From: a virus
Strand: one strand, 5' to 3'
Length of the DNA stretch: 64,000 nucleotides
Virus record (IMG/VR): IMGVR_UViG_3300028883_000036
Location: 1 to 64,000 of that record
In this document: piece by piece, positions 7,375-15,162 of the stretch
Numbering within the stretch: the stretch's first letter is position 1
How the letters are laid out: every line of letters starts with the position of its first letter
Position numbers and translations under genes: made by a program
The notes under the pieces: model-generated
The model's database searches: none
Seen by the model: only the letters and a program-made list of their open reading frames with translations
What the model was told of the DNA's origin: nothing

Positions 7375-8261
7375 TCAATTAATGGCATAGTAGGAGTATT
7401 CCCCATCAATGGAACATCATCATCTATCATTTCAAACTCATCATTTTTGATGAATACATCACCTTTATAATTTTTCGTTACAATTTCAGCAATTTTTGTA
7501 CTTACTTCTTCTTTTCTTTTAATGATAATCAAATTATCACCCATAAGTTGCTTCCATCCATCCATAACATGACTACTTTTACCATTTGATCCTTGCATAA
7601 GATGAAAATGATATACATTATATTTTTCTTTTGCTTTATCTAGAAGTTCTACATTTGAAAAACTATTATATTGTCCTTGACCCATGATATTCTTTAAATC
7701 AATATGTCCAATATCTTTCAATACAGGTTCATCCCCAATCGTAAATAAAAATCCTTTTTGATTTCTTTTTTCTAAACAATCAATTGAAGTATGAAATCCA
7801 GCAAAATACCATGCTAGATGATAACTTTCACCTAAATTTCCACCACCACCACCTTCTAGAAAAACATTTGTTAACCATTTATCAAGTAACTCATCATTTG
7901 ATTCAAATTGACCTACTTGTAATGGAGCATTATCACATTCATGATCTCCAATCCCTAGAAAAAGCAATTGTGGATCTTTAATACCTTTATCAATAATAGA
8001 TTGAATAATATTAGGCAATCCATCTTTAACTAAATAATGAGGAATGCTTCCCATAGACCCTGTTACATCCAAACCTAAAATAATAGCTAAAGATTCAGGA
8101 TGATCATCAGAATCTCTTGATTCTCTGATTTTCACACCATTGGGATTCATTTCATTGTTTATTGATCTTTGTCTAAATATTTCTCTTGCAGATTTAGTAT
8201 GATATCCAAAAGAAGCTGCTCTTGTTGATCTTGCTGTTGATGAATATGTTCCATGTCCCAT
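7371..8261 (-). CDS. vWA domain protein
   Basis: LDVTGSMG MIDAS, GIGD, EGGGGGN..ESY, FTIGDE; start MGHG after AAGGAG. Confidence 0.8.
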   Translation of the reverse strand: MGHGTYSSTARSTRAASFGYHTKSAREIFRQRSINNEMNPNGVKIRESRDSDDHPESLAIILGLDVTGSMGSIPHYLVKDGLPNIIQSIIDKGIKDPQLLFLGIGDHECDNAPLQVGQFESNDELLDKWLTNVFLEGGGGGNLGESYHLAWYFAGFHTSIDCLEKRNQKGFLFTIGDEPVLKDIGHIDLKNIMGQGQYNSFSNVELLDKAKEKYNVYHFHLMQGSNGKSSHVMDGWKQLMGDNLIIIKRKEEVSTKIAEIVTKNYKGDVFIKNDEFEMIDDDVPLMGNTPTMPLID

Positions 8262-8289
8262 GATTTTCTCCTTCACATTTTAAATTGAT

Positions 8290-8457
8290 TTAATTTTTTT
8301 GTCCTTGTCTTAATCGTCTTGCTAATTTTGATCCTTGACCCCTTCTAATTCTTCTACCTTGTCCTTGTCCTGAACCATCTTTCTTTGGTGTTGGTGTTCC
8401 TTGATTTACTTTTTTTGGTCCACTTCCATCTGGTCCTGTAGTATCTTTTCCTGGCAT
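8290..8457 (-). CDS. DUF5320-like Gly/Arg-rich peptide (55 aa)
   Basis: AAGGAG RBS; MPGKDTTGPDGSGP...GQGQGRRIRRGQG; not in ORF track. Confidence 0.6.
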   Translation of the reverse strand: MPGKDTTGPDGSGPKKVNQGTPTPKKDGSGQGQGRRIRRGQGSKLARRLRQGQKN

Positions 8458-8469
8458 AATTTATTCTCC

Positions 8470-8889
8470 TTATTTTTTTATTTTCTTCTCTATTTCAAGA
8501 AGAATATTTCTTACCATATTACCATTAGCTCTGCCTTTTAACTCTTTCATGATATATCCCATTGCTTTTATTGTTGGATTATATTCATCAAGAGTAACAT
8601 GCATAGCAATCCATCCTCTAATTTCATTTTCATTCATCATTTTAGGTAGATATGGTTTTAAATTCTCAATAAATGGTGAAGTTTCTTGCCCACTATATTC
8701 AATAACAATTATTTCAGATTTAATAAGACTATTGATAATTTTTTCAATCTGTTTATCAGTAGGTTTTTCTCCTGCTTTTAGATTAAGTCTTGGTACTTCT
8801 CCTTTAACCATTCTAAGAGCATTTTTCTTTTCTTCATCTCTATTCAATATAGCTTGTTTTAGATCTTTTTCTATTTGTTCAAGTAACAT
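8470..8889 (-). CDS. GatB/YqeY domain protein
   Basis: DLKQAI...LRMVKGE...YLPKMM...MGYIMKELKGRANG. Confidence 0.8.
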   Translation of the reverse strand: MLLEQIEKDLKQAILNRDEEKKNALRMVKGEVPRLNLKAGEKPTDKQIEKIINSLIKSEIIVIEYSGQETSPFIENLKPYLPKMMNENEIRGWIAMHVTLDEYNPTIKAMGYIMKELKGRANGNMVRNILLEIEKKIKK

Positions 8890-8917
8890 ATTATTTTCCT
8901 TTTTTGTGTTTATAAAT

Positions 8918-9030
8918 TGGCGGCACTTGGTCTTTCGACTTTGCTTTCATCTTGTGCTTTTGTTTTTGAATAGGCAACTAGTTTACCTAACTACTAACAC
9001 TCAATCTACTTACAAACGGCCACAAGTGCC
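8918..9030 (-). ncRNA. tRNA-like small RNA with acceptor stem and CCA end
   Basis: GGCACUUG...GUC-GAAA-GAC-CAAGUGCC-G-CCA, 113 nt, 5 nt downstream of tRNA-Asn. Confidence 0.65.
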
Positions 9031-9035
9031 ATAAT

Positions 9036-9111
9036 TGGCTCCAAAAACAGGATTCGAACCTGTATCCCCCGACTTAACAGGACGGTGCTTTGCCAGTTAA
9101 GCTATTTTGGA
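9036..9111 (-). tRNA. tRNA-Asn(GTT)
   Basis: CCGTC-CTGTTAA-GTCGG, TTCGAAT, GCCA end. Confidence 0.9.
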
Positions 9112-9274
9112 ATATTACTTTTTTCTTACCATACTCAAAACATGTATATGTGCATCCTGTTCTTTGACAGTCTCTTGCTATGTTATACATACCCCATTCA
9201 TATGCAGGACCAAAATTATGATACCCTATTTTACATGCTTTTTTCTTAAACCATTGAATTAATTTATATATCAT
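9074..9274 (-). CDS. hypothetical protein (3' end overlaps tRNA-Asn)
   Basis: C..GYH...C.R..C pattern; start overlaps upstream gene. Confidence 0.45.
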   Translation of the reverse strand: MIYKLIQWFKKKACKIGYHNFGPAYEWGMYNIARDCQRTGCTYTCFEYGKKKVIFQNSLTGKAPSC

Positions 9275-9722
9275 CTTTAGCCTTTACTATTTCTCCTGTA
9301 TTTGGTATTACCTGAATGCATCTATCATCTCTTAAAGATACCATACCATAATCTTTTTCATTTGTCACTATTAAAATTTTACCAATATGTTTAAGACACC
9401 ATTCATTAATAGATTTTATTACATCATTTTTAGTTACTTTAGGAAAAAGAGACAATGTTACTTTTCCTATTCTTGCTGTAAATATTCTTACTTCTTTTCC
9501 TTCATCTATCATTTTTTTAACATAATCAACAGTTTTAGGAATTGGTTTCCCCATAAAAGTAAGTCCTCTTTCTTCTCCATGATATTCAACTAAAGTACCA
9601 TCCAAATCTACACCATACCATTCATATTTTTTTTCTGATTCATTTAAATTATTATAATATAATGGATCAAAATCCAATATTTCAGTTACTTCTTCATTTA
9701 CTTTCCATTCTTTAGGTGGCAT
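9264..9722 (-). CDS. HAD-family phosphatase (polynucleotide 3'-phosphatase-like)
   Basis: VDLDGTL, FTAR, EKD...DDR. Confidence 0.75.
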   Translation of the reverse strand: MPPKEWKVNEEVTEILDFDPLYYNNLNESEKKYEWYGVDLDGTLVEYHGEERGLTFMGKPIPKTVDYVKKMIDEGKEVRIFTARIGKVTLSLFPKVTKNDVIKSINEWCLKHIGKILIVTNEKDYGMVSLRDDRCIQVIPNTGEIVKAKDDI

Positions 9723-9740
9723 TTTATTTCCTTTTAATTA

Positions 9741-9817
9741 TGGTGGGATGTATAGGATTCGAACCTATGGCCTATCGCTTAAAAGGCGATTATTCTACCT
9801 GACTGAATTAACATCCC
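9741..9817 (-). tRNA. tRNA-Lys(TTT)
   Basis: ATCGC-CTTTTAA-GCGAT, CCA. Confidence 0.92.
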
Positions 9818-9903
9818 ATTTAATACTTAATATATTTCATTATTAATTTCAAAATTAGTACATCCTATTAACATAATAATAATAAAAAGTAAACATATTT
9901 TTT

Positions 9904-10098
9904 TCATTTTTTCCACCATATGTTAAAATTATATTTTTTATTTATTCTATATGACCACATTGCAAATGGACAACTATAGCCAATTATTTCAATAAACCAT
10001 TCATGTAATTCTTCATCTTTTTTATCAGGTAATCTATGTGTTAAATCACATAATCTAACAAGAAAAATACATAATATTTTCATGAAAAATATTTTCAT
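9904..10098 (-). CDS. hypothetical protein
   Basis: ATGA-coupled ORF. Confidence 0.5.
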   Translation of the reverse strand: MKIFFMKILCIFLVRLCDLTHRLPDKKDEELHEWFIEIIGYSCPFAMWSYRINKKYNFNIWWKK

Positions 10099-10517
10099 TT
10101 GAGTATTCCAGTAACTCTAAATTTATTAGTGTCTATAGCTTTTTCCATTTTTCTTTCATCTTTATTTTTAATTTTTGGTCTTATTTTATTCCTAAAATCT
10201 ACTGCCACATAACATTCTCCCATTCCTTGACATTCACCATGACAGGTATTTGGATTGCATATAGGAATACCATGTTCTTCATATCCACATTTTTTAAGTT
10301 CAGCTTTAAATTCTTCATCTGAAAGATCTTTCATTTCTTCTAATGTTTTTTCAACAGCATCTTTCATTTTAAGAAAATAATCATCATTTTTTAATTCACA
10401 GCATTTTTCACATTTTTCACATTTGCTTAAATCAAATTTTTTATCAGAAAATTCTGTTATTATTTCCTTTCTATTTTTCTTTTTGCCAAATATTTTTTCT
10501 TTTAACCATTCAATCAT
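10095..10517 (-). CDS. hypothetical Cys-rich protein
   Basis: AAGGAA RBS, 140 aa. Confidence 0.6.
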   Translation of the reverse strand: MIEWLKEKIFGKKKNRKEIITEFSDKKFDLSKCEKCEKCCELKNDDYFLKMKDAVEKTLEEMKDLSDEEFKAELKKCGYEEHGIPICNPNTCHGECQGMGECYVAVDFRNKIRPKIKNKDERKMEKAIDTNKFRVTGILK

Positions 10518-10536
10518 TAGTTAATTCCTTTTTTAA

Positions 10537-10610
10537 TGGTAGTCCTATCAAGATTCGAACTTGAATCACGGCCTTATAAGGACCACGCTCTACCATTGAG
10601 CTATAGGACT
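10537..10610 (-). tRNA. tRNA-Ile(TAT)
   Basis: TGGTC-CTTATAA-GGCCG, TTCGAAT, ACCA. Confidence 0.85.
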
Positions 10611-10652
10611 ATTTATCATTTATTTCAAATATATTTTTCTTAATACTCCTTT

Positions 10653-10730
10653 TGGTGTTCCTGATGGGGATCGAACCCATGCGTCAAGATTGAAAGTCTT
10701 GTATCCATTGCCAATTAGGACTACAGGAAC
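10653..10730 (-). tRNA. tRNA-Glu(TTC)
   Basis: CAAGA-CTTTCAA-TCTTG, CCA. Confidence 0.88.
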
Positions 10731-11152
10731 TAAATTCTGTCTGGATGTAAATAAAGATAATCATATACTTCAAATTTTTTCTCATTATCCATTTCTTCAA
10801 TAATTGGAATAAGATATTCTTTATCATCATGAATAGCTCTTTGAATACATTCAGCTTTTGAAACACTAAAAACTTTAAATTTCACATCCCATTCTTTGTT
10901 TTGCCATCTTTCGATATATTTCATATTTAGATGGGTAGCATCTACAATAATCGTTTCATGTCCTGCCAAAAATAGAGATTTAACCATATAGTCTTCAATA
11001 GCTGTTACCATACTTTCAGCTTCAAGAATAAATGGTTGTCCATGTAATGCTAATCTAATAGCATCTCTATTGACAATTGGTAATCCAATTCTTTTTGCCC
11101 AAGTACTTTTTCCGCTTCTAGGTAATCCGACTGTTAAAATTAAAGTATTCAT
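10730..11152 (-). CDS. polynucleotide-kinase-like P-loop protein (AAA_33)
   Basis: VGLPRSGKST, D.IR, IIVDATHL; start MNTL after AAGGAG. Confidence 0.8.
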   Translation of the reverse strand: MNTLILTVGLPRSGKSTWAKRIGLPIVNRDAIRLALHGQPFILEAESMVTAIEDYMVKSLFLAGHETIIVDATHLNMKYIERWQNKEWDVKFKVFSVSKAECIQRAIHDDKEYLIPIIEEMDNEKKFEVYDYLYLHPDRI

Positions 11153-11165
11153 ATATATCTCCTTA

Positions 11166-11226
11166 CAGGTTGATATCACCTTTTTTAGATTAAATGTCTA
11201 GTGGTTTTATTTGCTGTAATCAACCT
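11166..11226 (-). ncRNA. RCAGCAA-stem RNA, copy 5 (identical to copy 3)
   Basis: exact duplicate of 677-737, between tRNA-Arg and the PNK RBS. Confidence 0.75.
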
Positions 11227-11243
11227 TTTAAAAATTTTAAAAA

Positions 11244-11320
11244 TGGAAGGGGTAGAGGGATTCGAACCCCCGACACCAAGGGTAGAAACCTTGTGCTCTA
11301 ATCCACTGAGCTATACCCCC
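11244..11320 (-). tRNA. tRNA-Arg(TCT)
   Basis: CAAGG-TTTCTAC-CCTTG, TTCGAAT, CCA. Confidence 0.9.
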
Positions 11321-11351
11321 ATTAAATTATTTGTTCCTTAATTTTTCCATA

Positions 11352-11582
11352 TTAATCATCTTCTTTATTATCTAATATTTTTTGAACTTCTTCTTGAATT
11401 TTTTCCCTGTTATTCATAAACCATGATATTTTTTGATCATAATCCTCTTGAATAGAATCATCTATAATTTGCATTGCTTCTTCTATATTATCACAATTTT
11501 CTATATCAGACTCATCCACTTCAGTTTTTTGTGGCCTACTTTTACCAACATATCCATCGTCTACATACCAATCTATTTTCAT
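11352..11582 (-). CDS. acidic hypothetical protein
   Basis: AAGGAA RBS, 76 aa. Confidence 0.65.
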   Translation of the reverse strand: MKIDWYVDDGYVGKSRPQKTEVDESDIENCDNIEEAMQIIDDSIQEDYDQKISWFMNNREKIQEEVQKILDNKEDD

Positions 11583-11598
11583 ATTTATTCCTTTAAGT

Positions 11599-11715
11599 TT
11601 TGAGTTTTTAGGCTACTCTATCATGGCATAAATAAGAACCACCAAATTCTGTTTCAGTCAATTTCACCCTTGGGAACTTCACCCTTCAATGGTCAATATC
11701 CAAGCTAAAAACCAA
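11599..11715 (-). ncRNA. putative structured leader/ncRNA
   Basis: terminal pairing GUUUUUAG/CUAAAAAC, internal AAGGGUGAA direct repeat; first element after promoter. Confidence 0.4.
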
Positions 11716-11740
11716 ATAAACTTTCAATGAAACGAAATAT

Positions 11741-11769
11741 ACTATATATGGTTTCTTTTGTTATGTCAA
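11741..11769 (-). promoter_or_regulatory. sigma70-type promoter for leftward tRNA operon
   Basis: TTGACA-17-TATAGT. Confidence 0.75.
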
Positions 11770-11880
11770 CAATTAAAATCATTATATCAATAAAAATATC
11801 AATTATTGGTGATAAAAATATATCTACGATTGCTTTTATCATAATAATTACCTTCTATCATTTTCTTTTTAATTTGTAAA

Positions 11881-11915
11881 GGACAAAAATTGTCAGTGAT
11901 TGACAAAAATTGTCA
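11881..11915. promoter_or_regulatory. tandem palindromic operator/enhancer sites (TGACA-N5-TGTCA x2)
   Basis: gGACAAAAATTGTCA and TGACAAAAATTGTCA, 20 bp period. Confidence 0.75.
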
Positions 11916-12006
11916 GTAATTCTATTTATATTTTTAAGTTTAAAAAATCATGATATTGTAAATGTCTGTTTTGTTTACTAAAAAAAATTAATAAATTATA
12001 TATTTT

Positions 12007-12023
12007 TTGGTATGATGATTGCT
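12007..12023 (+). promoter_or_regulatory. sigma54 (-24/-12) promoter
   Basis: TTGGTATGATGATTGCT = GG-N10-GC, ~94 bp downstream of palindromes. Confidence 0.7.
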
Positions 12024-12069
12024 TACTATATATGGTATGACAACACAAACAACCATAAAGGAAAATAAA

Positions 12070-12216
12070 ATGAAAAAATGGTATTTCATGGATAATGCAG
12101 GAAGAATAATCGTTGAACTGACAAGTGATGATGAAGAAGATACACTGATTCGTGCGAAACATGGCAAATTTCATTTATCAATAGATAATAATGAAGGAGC
12201 AAGAAAAAATGGCTAA
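12070..12216 (+). CDS. hypothetical early protein
   Basis: AAGGAA RBS, start MKKWYF. Confidence 0.55.
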   Translation: MKKWYFMDNAGRIIVELTSDDEEDTLIRAKHGKFHLSIDNNEGARKNG

Positions 12217-12556
12217 ATTTCATATATCAGATGTGATGGTGATTGAAGGTGATATTTACGATATAATGGGAGAAGATGAAATGCTTTATGTATATGATCT
12301 TCAATTGCAAGCCATTGTTGATGGTGATATTTATATTCATCATCATGTCTTTAAAGGTCATTGTCAAGATGATGATGGGTTTGATCATCCCAATAGAAAT
12401 GCTAAATCTGATGCTGAAGATCTTTGTGCTAAAGTAGCTGATAGGGGTATCATTGATACTGCTCATTGGGATTGTATTGGTAATGTTTCTGAACTTCCTG
12501 ATCCTTTAGAAGCTCTTAAAACAGCTTTTGCTGATAATTCTGATTATTATGAATAA
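12191..12556 (+). CDS. acidic hypothetical protein (probable start 12209)
   Basis: AAGGAG RBS before MAKF. Confidence 0.65.
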   Translation: MKEQEKMAKFHISDVMVIEGDIYDIMGEDEMLYVYDLQLQAIVDGDIYIHHHVFKGHCQDDDGFDHPNRNAKSDAEDLCAKVADRGIIDTAHWDCIGNVSELPDPLEALKTAFADNSDYYE

Positions 12557-12571
12557 TAGGAGACTTATATA

Positions 12572-12838
12572 ATGAAAGAAGAAATGGATTACGTTATGGT
12601 TCAAACAACTCCCTACAACACTGTTAGGATGTTTATGTTAAAAACTATTTTTGAACAGGAAAATCAAGATCATTTGATTTTGCTATTGGATTCTCTTTCC
12701 ATTTGGGGGGGATCTGATTGGAAAAATGATACCCATGTAGCATGGGAATTTGAAAAGGAAATGGCATCTAAATTGAAAAAGTTTGCAATAAATCATAATA
12801 TGAAATTTCAGAAAGGTAATTGTGCTTTTGATATTTAA
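12572..12838 (+). CDS. hypothetical protein
   Basis: AGGAG RBS. Confidence 0.65.
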   Translation: MKEEMDYVMVQTTPYNTVRMFMLKTIFEQENQDHLILLLDSLSIWGGSDWKNDTHVAWEFEKEMASKLKKFAINHNMKFQKGNCAFDI

Positions 12839-12844
12839 TAACTG

Positions 12845-13087
12845 ATGATAGTTGTATTTCACCAAAGAAAGGATAAAATCATGACTGAAAACATTGTAAG
12901 AATTGACCGTTACACGAATAATCCAAACAGATCTGATCAAGTAATTGTTTTCGTGAATGGATATGCCCTAATTGAAAGATCTTTCAATGCAGCAAACAAT
13001 GTTGCCAAGGCAATTGGTCAAAAAGAAATCAAGGTCACTGTATATGGATATTCAAAACCTTATGATGTGAATGTCAAGGTTTATTAA
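12845..13087 (+). CDS. hypothetical protein (probable start 12881)
   Basis: AAGGA RBS before MTEN. Confidence 0.6.
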   Translation: MIVVFHQRKDKIMTENIVRIDRYTNNPNRSDQVIVFVNGYALIERSFNAANNVAKAIGQKEIKVTVYGYSKPYDVNVKVY

Positions 13088-13099
13088 TCACTGATGAAT

Positions 13100-13122
13100 T
13101 GGGGGTGTGAAAGCATCCCCAT
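13100..13122. terminator. GC-rich intergenic hairpin
   Basis: TGGGGGTG-TGAAAG-CATCCCCA; no long U tract. Confidence 0.45.
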
Positions 13123-13131
13123 AAAAGGTAA

Positions 13132-13374
13132 TTGAAAATGAAACCATTATTGTTATTATTTTTTATTGTTTTTGTTCTCAACATACTGAAAATAAAATAT
13201 GTTTCCATGCCTACATTAATAATTTGGTGTGAAACAAATGTTTTTGGTCAAACATTTTTACCTGAACTTTTTTGTTTGATTATGTTGATATCATATATTA
13301 TTTGGAAAATAACATGGCCGAACCCTAAAAAAATAACATCTATAAAAATAGTTGACAATCATAATCTTTTTTAG
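13132..13374 (+). CDS. small membrane protein
   Basis: two hydrophobic segments. Confidence 0.55.
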   Translation: MKMKPLLLLFFIVFVLNILKIKYVSMPTLIIWCETNVFGQTFLPELFCLIMLISYIIWKITWPNPKKITSIKIVDNHNLF

Positions 13375-13380
13375 TATAAT
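13352..13380 (+). promoter_or_regulatory. sigma70-type promoter
   Basis: TTGACA-17-TATAAT perfect consensus. Confidence 0.8.
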
Positions 13381-13408
13381 TATTAAAAATTAACAGGGAG
13401 ATAATAAT

Positions 13409-13606
13409 ATGGTAAAAAGCATATTTCTGAGCATGGGAGAAGAACTTAAAATATTGCATGATCGTATTATGAAGGAAAGAATGAAAGAAAAATTATATAA
13501 CTGGTTTTCCTTGAATGTCAGTGGATTTAAGATGCTTTCAATGGATGAAAGAGGAAAATTGATAACTGATGTTATCGAAACTTTTAAAAAATATGATATT
13601 CTTTAG
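13409..13606 (+). CDS. hypothetical protein
   Basis: GGGAG RBS. Confidence 0.6.
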   Translation: MVKSIFLSMGEELKILHDRIMKERMKEKLYNWFSLNVSGFKMLSMDERGKLITDVIETFKKYDIL

Positions 13607-13621
13607 AAAAAGGAAGAAAAA

Positions 13622-14131
13622 ATGAAAATTAAAATTATGAATGGTATAATGTTTATTTTATGTTTGATTATATCAATTATATTTTTAATTGAATCAAAAG
13701 AATTATGGGCTAGATTATTTATGGTTTTGTGGATTATTGCTCAATGGTGGGTATTTGATATGAGCAAATTGTTTAAAAAGTTGCTCAACAAACCAACAGT
13801 AAAAATACTAGATGATTTTGTTGAAATAAAACAAAAAATAGATAAAGATTTGACACTTGAGGCAAGAATATCAATGCCTGATTTTAGTAAAAAACCAACT
13901 GATGAGCAAGTGAATTTATATTATAAAATGTATTTAAAAAAGAGAGAGTGTGATGATGAATGGACTACACATGAACCTATAATTCTTAATGAATTTAAAT
14001 TATTAAAGCATGAAATAATGTATGCTATGTCATGTGATGCTTTTATGGGGGGATTTAATAGTCCACCAACTATGATAAGATTTAATAATTATGAATCTAT
14101 GGTAAAAAAGGAAGAAAAAAATGAAAATTAA
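13622..14131 (+). CDS. membrane-anchored hypothetical protein
   Basis: two N-terminal TM segments. Confidence 0.6.
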   Translation: MKIKIMNGIMFILCLIISIIFLIESKELWARLFMVLWIIAQWWVFDMSKLFKKLLNKPTVKILDDFVEIKQKIDKDLTLEARISMPDFSKKPTDEQVNLYYKMYLKKRECDDEWTTHEPIILNEFKLLKHEIMYAMSCDAFMGGFNSPPTMIRFNNYESMVKKEEKNEN

Positions 14132-14283
14132 AGTCAATACATTTATTAATGAAATTCCTATAGAATATAGAGAAAAATTCATTAAATTGATGAAAGAATG
14201 GGATGGATCTAATTCTGTTGGATATGCATTTTATGATCTTGATGTTCTTAAAATGAAATACGAAGAAGCAAAGGGAATAAACA

Positions 14284-15162
14284 ATGGGTAGACGTAAAAT
14301 GACAGATAAAGAAAAAATTGCTGCTAAAAATAAAAAAATATGGAAAGATGCTGTTTCTTCATACAAAAGACAAATGAATTCAGACTATGAAGAATGCATG
14401 AATGCCATTAATCGTGGAGCAGTTAGTACTCCCACATATACATATGATGTAGGAGATAGAGTTATATTTGGTGCTTTTGATTATACAACTATTCTTGAAA
14501 AATTTGATAATGGAAAATATTATAAAACATTTGAAATAACAAAGAATATTGCATATGGTAAATATATGGGGGAAAAATATCGTTTTGGTTATCGACTATG
14601 GACAGAATTAAGACCATATAGCACCAATGATGATAATATTCCTAAATTGAGAGAAAATGAAGATATTAAATTTAATTATGGTCAAAGAGATATACAATCT
14701 TTGATATATCAGTACTATGGTGGTAAAGCATCTGGTATTGACATGGAACCTGATTACCAAAGAGAATTAGTATGGAATGAATCTCAAAAAGTAGCTCTTA
14801 TTGATTCAATTTATAAAAATATTGATATTGGAAAATTTACTTTTATTAAAAGAAAATATGATCCGAATGATCATTTTCATCTTGAAGTATTAGATGGTAA
14901 ACAAAGGATTAAAGCTATATTGGATTTCTATGAATGTAGAATTAAATATAAAGGTTTTACATTTAATGAAATGAATTGGAGAGATCAATATCATTTCAGA
15001 GGATACCATATAAATTGGGCTGAAACTGATCATTTGACTGATGAACAAAAATATAGGTATTTTTTGAAACTGAATACAGGTGGTGTTCCAATACCTGAAG
15101 ATCATATTAAAAAGGTAAGGGAACTATGGTTAAATTCTAAACTACAAGGATTTGAAAAATGA
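14284..15162 (+). CDS. DUF262 (ParB/Srx-like, GmrS-type) domain protein
   Basis: PDYQRELVW..Q..LIDSI...IG...VLDGKQR...LN.GG. Confidence 0.8.
   Translation: MGRRKMTDKEKIAAKNKKIWKDAVSSYKRQMNSDYEECMNAINRGAVSTPTYTYDVGDRVIFGAFDYTTILEKFDNGKYYKTFEITKNIAYGKYMGEKYRFGYRLWTELRPYSTNDDNIPKLRENEDIKFNYGQRDIQSLIYQYYGGKASGIDMEPDYQRELVWNESQKVALIDSIYKNIDIGKFTFIKRKYDPNDHFHLEVLDGKQRIKAILDFYECRIKYKGFTFNEMNWRDQYHFRGYHINWAETDHLTDEQKYRYFLKLNTGGVPIPEDHIKKVRELWLNSKLQGFEK

Noticed and set aside
13090-13128. Hammerhead ribozyme (CTGATGA followed by a hairpin)
   Set aside because: No GAAA after stem II and no supporting stems I/III.
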